UHGV virus genome: UHGV-0279745
DNA length: 64,000 nt
Strand: one strand, 5' to 3'
From: a virus
Below, in pieces: positions 48,283-58,248 of the stretch (its first letter is position 1; each line of letters begins with the position of its first letter). A program made the translations under genes and the position numbers. The notes below the pieces were generated by a model. That model was not told where the DNA came from. It made no database searches and saw only the letters and a program-made list of their open reading frames with translations.

Positions 48283-48424
48283 GTTACTAACTAATAAAGG
48301 GGGTGTTGCTACCACCCCCTGCTTAGTTCGGTAGTTGTTTTCCATTCATAATTAATAGTCTTCTGTTTTTTTTTGCTTTCCGAGACGCATAAGGGGTTAT
48401 AGGGGGAGCCGAAGCTCCCCAGAC

Positions 48425-49987
48425 TCAAAAGAGTTCGTCACCCATGCCGCCGGTAAATACGTTAATCGACGAGGCTGTTACAGTTTCTTCTTTATCACAA
48501 TCCCATGGCAAAATGCCAACATCACGGAAAGGTATTACAGTATAATGATAAGCTTCTTTGGTATCAATAATTGTACGGTGTTTACCGCGTTGTACTTCTA
48601 AATAACTGTGTCCGCTGACGACACGTTTGTTAAAATACATCTCACCGTCAGCTTCGTTGTCTAAGCTAGAGCAGTTGTCGTAAAGACCACGACCAGGTAA
48701 GCTCTTACAGAAACTTGCTGGGTCGAGTGCTTTTAATTTTTTGCCTTCTGGTGAGATTTGGTGTGGTGCTAAGAGGAAACCACGATTACGTACCACTTGG
48801 ATGTTTCGCGCGATACGATAAATTTCTTTAATGTCACTACCCGCAATACCGTTACCGTGCCCTGCTTTGCTGATAGTACCGAAATAGTCTCCGCGTATTC
48901 CAGCTACATGATAACCTCGACGTTTTAAATCTAAAATCAAATCATTCAAATAGTGAATTTTAAAATCGGAGTTTGTGTGCTTTTGGAAAATATACTCCCA
49001 ACCGTTTGCCCGCATTTTACTACAGAGGTAATCTGACATTTGTGCATTGTGTAGCGCTTTTTCTTCGTCAGTTGCCGTTTCAGGTGCAACCATTACCGGA
49101 GCTGTACCTTCAAAGTGTCCGTAAAGTGCTTGATACGCGTAAGCCAAGTTAACATCTAATTCGTTTTCTAAACTTAAATCCAGAATAACCGGCTGTAAGT
49201 CACCTTTAACATTCGCCATCACCTTTTCTGGGGTGTTGAATACAGGTATGCTAATAGAGAGCAATAAACTGAATAATGACTTACAGTTAAAGGGCAGTGC
49301 AGGCATCAGCCAGAGTTCTTCGGTGATCCCTTTGTTACAGCCAAGCATTTGGTTAATTGCTTTCCACCCCGTACGTAACCCGTTCCCCGCTGCTTTCTTA
49401 CTGATAGAGTCGAATACATGTACGAAGGGTGCTTTATTGTCAGTAATCAATTCCCCTACCAGAGAAGGAATCTTATTATGAGAGCGTTCACTGAACGTGG
49501 ATAAGGTATCCTTAAGGTCGTTGAGCGCCGTTTGTAAATCAACACGCGTTTCAGTGCCGTTCAGTGCGCCTAACGTACGACCCAATTTTTGTTTCAGTTG
49601 TACGCCTTGAATAGCTTGACGTAACTGAAAGTAGTATTGTGCTACTTGGCGATTAAGATGCTCGATGCGTGCTTCTGGTTCTTCTGGAATATCATCTTCC
49701 AGGAATTTGGTAATCGTATCGTATAGAGGACGTATTTGCGTAGTGGCCAGTTTCAAACGTTTCATGACGTTTGTGTGGTCGTAAGGCATACCGCCGTCTA
49801 TGATGGATGTGATGATATCCTTGATTTCGACGAGGGCGGCACGTTCGTCACCTTCTTCTGCGTAATCAGGAAGCTTAGCCTCTAACAGCACTTTTCTTAT
49901 GATGTCGTGGTCCTTTTCAGGATCGGTCAGAAGACTTTCAGCGTATAATGTGGCTAAGGCGGTTATCAACATCATTTTGTTATTCAT
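48425..49987 (-). CDS. hypothetical protein (520 aa, function not recognised)
   Basis: Long minus-strand ORF set among + genes; no nucleotide-binding or catalytic signature that I can assign with confidence. Confidence 0.6.
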   Translation of the reverse strand: MNNKMMLITALATLYAESLLTDPEKDHDIIRKVLLEAKLPDYAEEGDERAALVEIKDIITSIIDGGMPYDHTNVMKRLKLATTQIRPLYDTITKFLEDDIPEEPEARIEHLNRQVAQYYFQLRQAIQGVQLKQKLGRTLGALNGTETRVDLQTALNDLKDTLSTFSERSHNKIPSLVGELITDNKAPFVHVFDSISKKAAGNGLRTGWKAINQMLGCNKGITEELWLMPALPFNCKSLFSLLLSISIPVFNTPEKVMANVKGDLQPVILDLSLENELDVNLAYAYQALYGHFEGTAPVMVAPETATDEEKALHNAQMSDYLCSKMRANGWEYIFQKHTNSDFKIHYLNDLILDLKRRGYHVAGIRGDYFGTISKAGHGNGIAGSDIKEIYRIARNIQVVRNRGFLLAPHQISPEGKKLKALDPASFCKSLPGRGLYDNCSSLDNEADGEMYFNKRVVSGHSYLEVQRGKHRTIIDTKEAYHYTVIPFRDVGILPWDCDKEETVTASSINVFTGGMGDELF

Positions 49988-50000
49988 GGAGCATCCTTAA

Positions 50001-50525
50001 ATGCAAATTCGTTTTAGTCCACCGTGGGAAGTTCAACCTAACATAGATAAAGGCGCTGCCGTTAAAAGTATAGAATTGCTCCAGGCAGGGTTCTTTAACT
50101 GGTTATATGACTGTCCGAATGGTTTCAGTTCTATTATCTTACCTGAAGTAAGTCGTTCTGCTATTTATAAAGCACTGATGGCTCCGCCTGTGCTTCCAGG
50201 TAAATATTATGATCAGGTGTTACGTCTGGTCGAATCAGGCGAAAAGGTTTCCCTTGACGATTTATATGGGGAAACAATTCCTTGTCGCGTACGTTGGGTG
50301 TTTACTCAACGTGGTGATACGATTGTGGCGTCATTTGCAGAAGCGAAGTCCGGTTCGGGTTTTTCTTCGGGTGAAGACCACGCTGCGAAAAAGATGTTCT
50401 GCGCAGAACTTTTTAAATATATGCGTACCAAGACTCGCGTCGTGGATGACTGCTTCAGTACCTCAACGCAGTTTGCCGCTAACGAAGTGCTGACGCAATT
50501 ATACGCATGTCATTTATCTCATTAA
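50001..50525 (+). CDS. hypothetical protein
   Basis: 174-aa ORF; RBS GGAG; divergent from the 48425-49987 gene with a 13-bp spacer. Confidence 0.55.
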   Translation: MQIRFSPPWEVQPNIDKGAAVKSIELLQAGFFNWLYDCPNGFSSIILPEVSRSAIYKALMAPPVLPGKYYDQVLRLVESGEKVSLDDLYGETIPCRVRWVFTQRGDTIVASFAEAKSGSGFSSGEDHAAKKMFCAELFKYMRTKTRVVDDCFSTSTQFAANEVLTQLYACHLSH

Positions 50526-50537
50526 GGTATTAAACAA

Positions 50538-52832
50538 ATGAAAGATACCCGAATCTCTAATCTGGAGAAACTCGTACAAGCTGGTAACTCGCTGGTACAA
50601 AGCGTCATTAGTAACAACAGTGCTGGCGAAATGTGGAACACCATCGTTGCTGGTGAGTCTGTACGTAGCAACACGAAAGTTTTTGGTACCCTGCGTGACG
50701 ATGCTGCACAGCACTACGCAAACGCGTTTGCTGGCGGTAAGAAAATGTCCCACGCTGCGGAAGTTGCTTCTGCAATGATTCTGGGTGCTGCTGGTCACGG
50801 TATGGACCTGCAAGAAAAAGTAGCGCAAGAATACGCTAAGCCAGAATTCCATAGCCGTTTTAACCTGGACGTTGCGATTCCTGGTTCCCAAGCTGGTAAC
50901 GGCGACTGGGGCAAAGAGCGTATGGTTGTTGCTCAGGAATACTACACCAACAAAGATTACGACAAAAACCTGGGTCTGACCTGGACGCTGAACGTACGTG
51001 CTCTGGAAACTCAGTCTCGTTTTGCTGAGACTCTGTTCCCGACCATCACCGTTGACACCAACGATGTTGGTATTACCGTACGTACCAAAGTGACCACCGT
51101 TTCTCGTGGTGTCATGCACGCGTTACTGACCAAAGACGTTGTTGAAGATCATCGTCGTAACCTGCACGAAGCGCTGACTGACCACACCGTTCTTCAGGAC
51201 GAAGCGATCAACATCGTTCCTTACGTAATGGAAACCGGTGAAAACGCTGAATACTTCGTAAGCGAAGAACTGGTACCGAACGAATCTGTTCGCCTGGGTC
51301 GTGTACCTCCGTACCCGACTAACTACCTGAGCTTTGCTAAAGACACTCTGAACCTGTTCCAGCTGTCTGCGCATCCGGGTATCGTTCAGGAAGGTTACGA
51401 CGAAACTGATGAAATCGCACCGGGTTGTGCTCTGGGCAGCCTGCTGATTTCCGTACGTAAACCGACCGAAGAAGCGAAAGCAGGTAAATTCATCAAACTG
51501 CACGTTCGTGACATGCAGTTCGCAACCTTCCAGCGTCCTGCTGAAGGTGATGGCCGTGAGCTGGTACTGCAATTCCGTCGTACTGCGTTCTCTCTGAATG
51601 CGAAAACCACCGACTGGAAAGGCGAAGCTATTCCGGCACTGAAATCACTGGAACAGAACTCCTACACCCTGCGTTATGTGATCACCATCAACATGTCTCT
51701 GTTCACTACCGGTCAGTTCGGTGGTAAAGTTGACATCGCTGGTCACAAACTGGAAATCGAAGGTCTGTACGACGCTACCGGTAACAAAGTTGATACCAAA
51801 TCTGGTACCGGCAAAGTTATCCTGGACGGTCTGAAACTTGAACTGATGGGCTGGCGCTTCGATGGTACTCGTACCAACGAAAACCGTCGTACCCAGGGTC
51901 TGCTGCTTGACCCAATCTGGGAACAAGAAAACTACAAACTGCAATACGGTTCTCCGATCCTGACCAAGTCTCCGGTTGGCGTTGAATACGACGATACCGA
52001 ACGTCTGGACGACCTGATTTCCGCAGTTAACATCCGTAACGAACAGCTGGCTATCACTCAGACGCTGTCTTACACCGAAGCGGTACGTAACGCTGCTGCA
52101 AGCATGATCACTCCGTGGGACAAACCGGCCATTCGTGGTCTGGGCCGTCACTGGGTTGCTCCGTGGTTCAAAGAGTCTGACTACAACGTTGATGAAGTTG
52201 TACAGTCCCTGGATACCAAAGATGCACTGATCAACGCTCGTCAGGGCCTGGTACAGCGTATCGGTAATCAGGTAACTCAGGCTATCCAGGAATCTCGCTT
52301 CATTCCTGCGCTGCGTCTGTACACTGCCGATCCGGACATTCTGCCGAAAGTTGTTATTGCAACTGACGAACCGACTGCATCTATGCTGCTGCTGGTACAG
52401 GGCGACCAACGTCTGCTGGGCGATCGCTACGAATACGAAGTGATCACCACCAACGATGACCGCTGGCGTATCTACAACGCAGCTGACGGTTCCTGGACTC
52501 GTCGTCTGCAATGGTTCCTGAAAGTTCCGACTGCGGACGATGGTTCCTACAACGTGCTGAACTGGGGTAACCACTTCTGGTCTCCGATCATGGTTACCAA
52601 CATCAACATTCAGCGTAACGGTTCTACCTCTAAAGAGCTGGCTGTACAGCCGCGCAACGCGCACATCTGCCACTGCCCGATCACTGGTCTGATCTGGGTT
52701 AAAGGCATCACCAAACTGGTTGAAGAAAAACTGGCTTACAATGTTTCTGTTGAACAGAACGGTCAGAAACAAACCGAAGGTGGTGTAGCAGGTAACGTTG
52801 CTGGCGAAGGCAAAGCTGCTGCTGGTAAGTAA
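50538..52832 (+). CDS. very highly expressed structural protein candidate (major capsid or tail sheath; identity unresolved)
   Basis: 764 aa; extreme preferred-codon usage (ctg, cgt, ggt, aac, gaa) producing long stop-free antisense frames; RBS AAGG; followed by a strong terminator. Confidence 0.8.
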   Translation: MKDTRISNLEKLVQAGNSLVQSVISNNSAGEMWNTIVAGESVRSNTKVFGTLRDDAAQHYANAFAGGKKMSHAAEVASAMILGAAGHGMDLQEKVAQEYAKPEFHSRFNLDVAIPGSQAGNGDWGKERMVVAQEYYTNKDYDKNLGLTWTLNVRALETQSRFAETLFPTITVDTNDVGITVRTKVTTVSRGVMHALLTKDVVEDHRRNLHEALTDHTVLQDEAINIVPYVMETGENAEYFVSEELVPNESVRLGRVPPYPTNYLSFAKDTLNLFQLSAHPGIVQEGYDETDEIAPGCALGSLLISVRKPTEEAKAGKFIKLHVRDMQFATFQRPAEGDGRELVLQFRRTAFSLNAKTTDWKGEAIPALKSLEQNSYTLRYVITINMSLFTTGQFGGKVDIAGHKLEIEGLYDATGNKVDTKSGTGKVILDGLKLELMGWRFDGTRTNENRRTQGLLLDPIWEQENYKLQYGSPILTKSPVGVEYDDTERLDDLISAVNIRNEQLAITQTLSYTEAVRNAAASMITPWDKPAIRGLGRHWVAPWFKESDYNVDEVVQSLDTKDALINARQGLVQRIGNQVTQAIQESRFIPALRLYTADPDILPKVVIATDEPTASMLLLVQGDQRLLGDRYEYEVITTNDDRWRIYNAADGSWTRRLQWFLKVPTADDGSYNVLNWGNHFWSPIMVTNINIQRNGSTSKELAVQPRNAHICHCPITGLIWVKGITKLVEEKLAYNVSVEQNGQKQTEGGVAGNVAGEGKAAAGK

Positions 52833-52844
52833 TCTTGCTTAAAA

Positions 52845-52890
52845 AGAGTCTAAGCCCTTCGGGGCTTAGACCTTTTATTTTTTTTTTCTT
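52845..52890 (+). terminator. rho-independent terminator
   Basis: 10-bp stem GTCTAAGCCC / GGGCTTAGAC with TTCG loop, followed by an 18-nt T-rich run. Confidence 0.75.
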
Positions 52891-53015
52891 TCTATTATTT
52901 TTTGGATAGATATTATTAAAGGGAGACGGCCAGTTGGTTTTAAAGGAGTATGTATGGAAAAAATACAGTTTAAACTAAAGATATGTGTCATCATTAAAAT
53001 TTAGCTTGGGTTCCC

Positions 53016-54026
53016 ATGAAACGTCTTGATATTGATGTGGTGCCCAGTATCTCTGAACGCTCGTTATGTCAAACGTCTGGATTGAGGAAACTTGTTACGT
53101 TTGAAAATAACACTGGCGTGCCTATCCACGTCACTGAAACCAGTGGCGGTAGCTTTATTTTAAATGCTTCGAAAAACCCCGCTGATGAGCATGGGGTTAT
53201 CGTTTACGTGACGTATCAATCGTACGGAAGATGCGCGAATCTCAATGGGTTTGCTGAACTGATGCCGGGAAAACAGTTTTCTCGCTTTTGCGACCAATTG
53301 AAAGAAAAAGGGGAGGTAACGTTAGAGTATGCAGTAAACGACGTTGGTGCGTTGCTGCGAGGAGATTTGGTTGTACTAAAGCAGTTAGGCTTTGCTTTCT
53401 CAACAACACCGATACGCTTAGATAGTAAACCCCCAACTATGCGCCCTGGAGGTGAGCGCACTGAATTTACATTGGGTGTTGTTGTTGTGCAGCGCTACGA
53501 CGAGCCTGACAATTATCGGTGGCTACGTTTCTACGGTACGAAAATGAAAATCGAACCAATAACGTCACGCTATTATGAACCGGGCGTTTACATGATAATA
53601 GGAGGTGGAACGAGGGTGGAAGGGAGTCGAATGATTCATTTTGAATTTGACGACATTACTTCACCGTTTAGATTATTTAAGGATGAGGCAGCGGCGGACG
53701 CGTTTCGATGGCAAGAAGCAGTTCCCGGTCTCTTTGAGATTAAGCAACGTTTAGAGGAGCAGTACAAAGAAAAATTAGAAAGCTTGGATTCGGCAAAAGA
53801 CAAGTTAGAATTGGAACACAAGAAACAACTACAGAGCATGGCTTTAGAAAAGGAGCGATTGACTTTAGCATTCAAGCAACAGGAATTGGAAGCGAAGTCA
53901 CGGGCTGAGGCGCGTAAAGAATTCTACGAGACGCGTTCTTACATTCGTAAGGACGGCTCAGACCTATTTAAATCTGTCCCTGCGTATTTGGCGGCGGGTG
54001 TCGCATTTATAGGGATGCTAACGTAA
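53016..54026 (+). CDS. hypothetical protein with C-terminal coiled-coil-like region and hydrophobic tail
   Basis: 336-aa ORF; charged heptad-like region followed by AYLAAGVAFIGML at the C-terminus. Confidence 0.55.
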   Translation: MKRLDIDVVPSISERSLCQTSGLRKLVTFENNTGVPIHVTETSGGSFILNASKNPADEHGVIVYVTYQSYGRCANLNGFAELMPGKQFSRFCDQLKEKGEVTLEYAVNDVGALLRGDLVVLKQLGFAFSTTPIRLDSKPPTMRPGGERTEFTLGVVVVQRYDEPDNYRWLRFYGTKMKIEPITSRYYEPGVYMIIGGGTRVEGSRMIHFEFDDITSPFRLFKDEAAADAFRWQEAVPGLFEIKQRLEEQYKEKLESLDSAKDKLELEHKKQLQSMALEKERLTLAFKQQELEAKSRAEARKEFYETRSYIRKDGSDLFKSVPAYLAAGVAFIGMLT

Positions 54027-54036
54027 GGAGCATGGC

Positions 54037-55812
54037 GTGTTTAAAGATGCAATCAAAAAGCTTAAAGAGAACGGTAAAATAGTACCCTTTAACCGTGCGA
54101 TTGCGGAAGGAGTCGGTTATACACAAGCCAAAGATGGTATTCACGATCGTGTACATCGTATCTTGAAACGTGAGCTAGATTACCATCCTGTAGAGAACCC
54201 TCGTGTTCCTGAAGGCTTGGCCGTGTTGGGTGTTCGTTTAATGTCGCCGTTCGAAACCTTTATCTATAAGCTGTCTCGTTCAGAGAGCAGCAGGATGGAT
54301 AAGCGTCGTGGTGTGATGTCTATCGCGAATACCGATGCGTATATGGTCATGTCGTCGTTCCGTATTCCTGGAGACTCAAGACCAATCTCAAGACCGATTA
54401 ACTTGCCTTTCATTCGTCGTGGTGGGTTGATGAACTATTACGGAACAACGTACCATGTTGCACCTGTTATTCATCAGCCGGGTATCTGTCGTGAGCACGG
54501 CGGGGTGTTTGTTAATTTTGACTTTAAACGTAAAGCGTCATTAAAATTCTGTAAGCACCCGGTACGGATTTTAGTGAATGGGAAGAAAGAAGAATTGTTC
54601 TTGCCCGGAACAAACAATCTGTTTAAAGCCAAAAACGCCACACATCCTGACACGGACGAAAAGCCGTTAATGTACTGGCTATTCGGGCGTTATGGATTTA
54701 AGGAAGCCATCAAACGTTATACTGGCGTGGATGTGGAGATATATCCTGCATTCAAAGTACCTGAAATCGATCTCGATAAAAAAGTAGTAATCAGTTCAGG
54801 TGAGCCTAAACATAATCGGACGATTATGTACGTAGTGACGGTTCCTGCAGAGGCTTTACCAAATCTCGATAAAGCGGGATGGGATCAAAACGAGCACTTA
54901 TTACTCGTGGCGATTTCTGCATTCTTTAAAGCAGCGCACTATTATTGCGGAAAGCAAGCGATTAAAAACGGCAACGTTGTTCCTTTACCGCCGTTGTTTA
55001 CCGCGATTAACGAACTTGCAATGGAGGACGATGTTGTAAACCTGAATTCCTCCGCAATTTGGCGGGAGATTTTGGGGAGAAGTATTGTTGGACTTAAACC
55101 GTCCGATATTGAACTGGCACACAGCATGACGAAGCACTATACGGAGTGCGAACGCTACGTTAACTCAACATTCCGTGGTGAGTTAATGATGTCAGATCCC
55201 GATATCCCGGACGATATGGATATGTTTGATTTCTTCTGGTACGCGACGAAGTTGATGGTGAGAACACGCCTTACGAAACAAGGTGATATTCCGTCAATGT
55301 ATGGAAAACGTCTGACCGTAACAGATTATCTGTTATTGGGTGAGCGTGGCTTTACGCCTACCATCGCAGCGATTCGTTTCCACTTGGGACAAACGGAAAA
55401 TCGAACACCGGAGTCTTGTGCGAACATGATACGTAGTGCGTTGAATAAAGACATTGTAACTAGCCTGGTATTACGCAACATTACCGGCAATGGCGGTGTA
55501 AGTTATTTCAACGCTTCTACCGAGTCTATGGTGCTGGGGGTTTCAACCCATGCTATCAGCCAGACAGAAACAGAATCCAAACGTAACAGCAAAGGCGGTA
55601 AGACGGTTAACCTTAATGACCGGACAAAACATGCCTCTGCATCTCATCTGGAATGTGGCAACGTGTATTACATTCCGAAATCATCACCGTTTAAATCGGG
55701 TATTCTCAATCCGTATATGAAGACGAACACCCAACTGGTGATGGTACGTAATCCAAAACTCAACGAGTTGATCCAAGCAACCGAAGAAGACATTGCGAAG
55801 ATTGGCCGTTAA
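54037..55812 (+). CDS. hypothetical protein
   Basis: 591-aa ORF starting at GTG 54037, 6 nt after RBS AAGGAG. Confidence 0.55.
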   Translation: MFKDAIKKLKENGKIVPFNRAIAEGVGYTQAKDGIHDRVHRILKRELDYHPVENPRVPEGLAVLGVRLMSPFETFIYKLSRSESSRMDKRRGVMSIANTDAYMVMSSFRIPGDSRPISRPINLPFIRRGGLMNYYGTTYHVAPVIHQPGICREHGGVFVNFDFKRKASLKFCKHPVRILVNGKKEELFLPGTNNLFKAKNATHPDTDEKPLMYWLFGRYGFKEAIKRYTGVDVEIYPAFKVPEIDLDKKVVISSGEPKHNRTIMYVVTVPAEALPNLDKAGWDQNEHLLLVAISAFFKAAHYYCGKQAIKNGNVVPLPPLFTAINELAMEDDVVNLNSSAIWREILGRSIVGLKPSDIELAHSMTKHYTECERYVNSTFRGELMMSDPDIPDDMDMFDFFWYATKLMVRTRLTKQGDIPSMYGKRLTVTDYLLLGERGFTPTIAAIRFHLGQTENRTPESCANMIRSALNKDIVTSLVLRNITGNGGVSYFNASTESMVLGVSTHAISQTETESKRNSKGGKTVNLNDRTKHASASHLECGNVYYIPKSSPFKSGILNPYMKTNTQLVMVRNPKLNELIQATEEDIAKIGR

Positions 55813-55851
55813 CGAATTAAATTATAGAAAAGACGTAACAGGAGTATAATA

Positions 55852-57504
55852 ATGGCAACTGTCAATAAAGACGTAATTCGTAACCACATCTATAGCACGA
55901 TCTCCAGTGGTCGTGATGAACTTTTATCGTATCTTTGTAATCAAGCACGTGCTGCTGGATTGAATGACGACAAATACATGGATAATGCCGTTACCGTCGC
56001 CACGTGGTTTGTATACAACCGTCGTCCAGATAACGAAACTGCATCGGCGATTCTGGCAACTTTTAAATCGACGCTGTATAGTGACTTACTGGGGCGTGGT
56101 ATGCAGCCACTGGACCCGCGTATTCACAGCCAGCTGGAACAGGAATTCCGTACGGCAAATCAGTATGCGGTACAAGCTAAACAGCTTATGGCGCAATCGA
56201 GCACTTTTGGTGGCCCAGCAATGGGTGGGTCTCCGAGCTTAGCGATGCCAGCGTCTGGCTTCCCAGGCAACGGCTATGGTAGTCCACAACCAGCACCAGC
56301 GGTACAAGGGGGTTCTATCCCAATGTCAACTTACGATCCGCGCACAGCGGCACAGAAGCAAACAGCGCAACCGCAAGGTAACTTCGGCCAGCCTGCACAA
56401 CAACCTGCACAGCAACCCGTGCAACAGGCACAGCCTAAACCGACTGTTTCGCAGTCTATGGTGGAAGCTAACAAGCCGCGTGAGCTCGACGAGAAAACTA
56501 TCGAAGAACTTGTCGAACGTTACAATAAACCTATCATCGATCATTTCCGGGTGGAAATTGTGGAAGACTATTTAGATCACGAACTTAGAGAACAGATTAA
56601 GAAAAATATTCTTACGCCGAAAGAACTCAATGAACGCATCAAAAATTCACCGTATTCTAGCCATCACAACTGGTCAGAAAAGGTTGACGAAATCATCGAT
56701 AATGAAGACGTCGATTATTGCGTTTATGATGAAGCGGATGTGATGGTGAAAACCGAAAGCGAGTATAAATTGTTCCCGATGGTGAGTACGGATTCGAGCA
56801 AAACTTACCTTCAAGAATTTTATACTGCCACCCGCCAGGCAATCGATGGTATCGAAGATATTCGCGATATTGACGATCCGGAAGAAATGCTGAAGCGTAC
56901 GATCGATGAGGTGTTCCGCATCCGTAAAATGTCTGAGCGCCTACTGCAATATTTCAATACTCAGGCAGAGGAGCCGGATACACTGAAACAAAGCTGTGTG
57001 GAGTTTTGTCAGCAGTTTAACGCAACACTCACTGTTTTGGTTCATAACGCGATTGCTGTTGCGACAAACTACGGTAAAGGAATTCCAGGTACGAAATTTG
57101 TACAATTCGATTGTAACTTAAGCGATCTCGAATACTTCCGTGACACGCTGTTCCCGCGCACTATCGGTGAAAATGGTGTAACCACGGCTGCGGATTTCTT
57201 CCGCGAACTGTGCTTGCTGGTTGCACGTTCTGTTCGTAAGTTGCACTTCCGTCTGAAATCTAACGATCGTGCTATTGAAATCTGTCGCGTAACTTACACT
57301 ATTCAACTGCCTGCGGATTACCCGTCTGCAAAAGGTCGCAATATCGTAGAGATTTCCTCCTTCGGTAATGCGTTTGAACCTATTGTCGGTATCTATGAAG
57401 CAATTAACCAACGCGCACCTGAAGCTATTGTGAAGCTGGCTACCCCGTCGGCATCGTATACACTGCTTAGCAATGGTGAAATTACCGCACCGGTGCGTTA
57501 CTAA
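55852..57504 (+). CDS. hypothetical protein with Gln/Pro-rich low-complexity segment
   Basis: 550-aa ORF; RBS AGGAG; QPAQQPAQQPVQQAQP repeat region. Confidence 0.6.
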   Translation: MATVNKDVIRNHIYSTISSGRDELLSYLCNQARAAGLNDDKYMDNAVTVATWFVYNRRPDNETASAILATFKSTLYSDLLGRGMQPLDPRIHSQLEQEFRTANQYAVQAKQLMAQSSTFGGPAMGGSPSLAMPASGFPGNGYGSPQPAPAVQGGSIPMSTYDPRTAAQKQTAQPQGNFGQPAQQPAQQPVQQAQPKPTVSQSMVEANKPRELDEKTIEELVERYNKPIIDHFRVEIVEDYLDHELREQIKKNILTPKELNERIKNSPYSSHHNWSEKVDEIIDNEDVDYCVYDEADVMVKTESEYKLFPMVSTDSSKTYLQEFYTATRQAIDGIEDIRDIDDPEEMLKRTIDEVFRIRKMSERLLQYFNTQAEEPDTLKQSCVEFCQQFNATLTVLVHNAIAVATNYGKGIPGTKFVQFDCNLSDLEYFRDTLFPRTIGENGVTTAADFFRELCLLVARSVRKLHFRLKSNDRAIEICRVTYTIQLPADYPSAKGRNIVEISSFGNAFEPIVGIYEAINQRAPEAIVKLATPSASYTLLSNGEITAPVRY

Positions 57505-57548
57505 GGGGCTTCGTGCCCCCTAATCTATAGACACCACAGGACAGTATC

Positions 57549-57797
57549 ATGGCAGCCTATGTTGATTACAGTAATACAAAAATTGAGTTAAAGGAGATTG
57601 ATACCGCCGCTCGTTTAAAGCAACAGCTTAATCTGGAGTTATACCAACTCCAAGTTCGGATGCACGAACGCGAACAGTTCATTGAAAAACGCCCAATTTT
57701 CATTGACGATCGCCAAGTGAAACTGATCACTGCGGAACTGGAGGTAATGGCCGCAGAGAAGTTGTTGTTAGAAGAACGTATTGCCGCTATTGTCTAA
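57549..57797 (+). CDS. hypothetical small helical protein
   Basis: 82-aa ORF with RBS AGGACAG, followed by terminator at 57806-57842. Confidence 0.5.
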   Translation: MAAYVDYSNTKIELKEIDTAARLKQQLNLELYQLQVRMHEREQFIEKRPIFIDDRQVKLITAELEVMAAEKLLLEERIAAIV

Positions 57798-57805
57798 TCG
57801 CCCCA

Positions 57806-57842
57806 CAGGAGAGCTTCGGCTCTCCTCCTTTATTTTTATTCC
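57806..57842 (+). terminator. rho-independent terminator
   Basis: Stem AGGAGAGC / GCTCTCCT with TTCG loop, followed by a T-rich tract. Confidence 0.6.
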
Positions 57843-57884
57843 CCAATTTATTATAGCCGCCCACTATAGTGAGGGAATGAGGAA

Positions 57885-58184
57885 ATGATTAAATATGTCG
57901 TTATTAATGTAGACTACGAACGTAGCCCACGTTTTCGTTTTGAGTTACCTGAAACCAAAGCAACCATGGAGTTTAATCGCTACTTATTAGAGCATTCAAA
58001 CGCCAAAATCAATCACGGTAGATACTGGCTTATCTACTATAATGCCCGCAATGAGCTACTGAAAGCCGTCAAGAAATCAGGTCAGTCGGAACTGTTAGCG
58101 AAACTGACGGCGTACGATAACGATCCCTTAGCAATAGGAGTGATGCTAGACCTTGCTATTAAGAAAGACGAGATAGCGTGGTGA
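57885..58184 (+). CDS. hypothetical small protein
   Basis: 99-aa ORF with RBS GAGGAA. Confidence 0.5.
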   Translation: MIKYVVINVDYERSPRFRFELPETKATMEFNRYLLEHSNAKINHGRYWLIYYNARNELLKAVKKSGQSELLAKLTAYDNDPLAIGVMLDLAIKKDEIAW

Positions 58185-58198
58185 AAAAAAGAAAAGCC

Positions 58199-58243
58199 AC
58201 TCCGACCCCAGAAGGGTCGGAGTAAGCTCGAATTATTTTTTTT
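58199..58243. terminator. bidirectional terminator hairpin
   Basis: Stem CTCCGACCC / GGGTCGGAG flanked by an A-run upstream and a T-run downstream; lies between convergent genes. Confidence 0.65.
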
Positions 58244-58248
58244 GCTAT

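Noticed and set aside
48380-48420. Hairpin GGGGAGC-CGAA-GCTCCCC as terminator of the minus-strand gene 48425-49987
   Set aside because: On the minus-strand transcript the hairpin is followed by an A-run rather than a U-run; left unassigned.
51645-52772. 375-aa antisense ORF (with 50514-51119 and 51123-51572) opposite the 764-aa gene
   Set aside because: Antisense to the most codon-biased gene in the window; no RBS; the sense gene has the start, terminator and composition of a real gene.
57850-57872. T7-promoter-like sequence CCCACTATAGTGAGGGA
   Set aside because: Partial resemblance to the T7 class III promoter core CACTATAGGG only; no single-subunit RNAP is evident and the phage appears to encode a multisubunit RNAP; likely coincidence.
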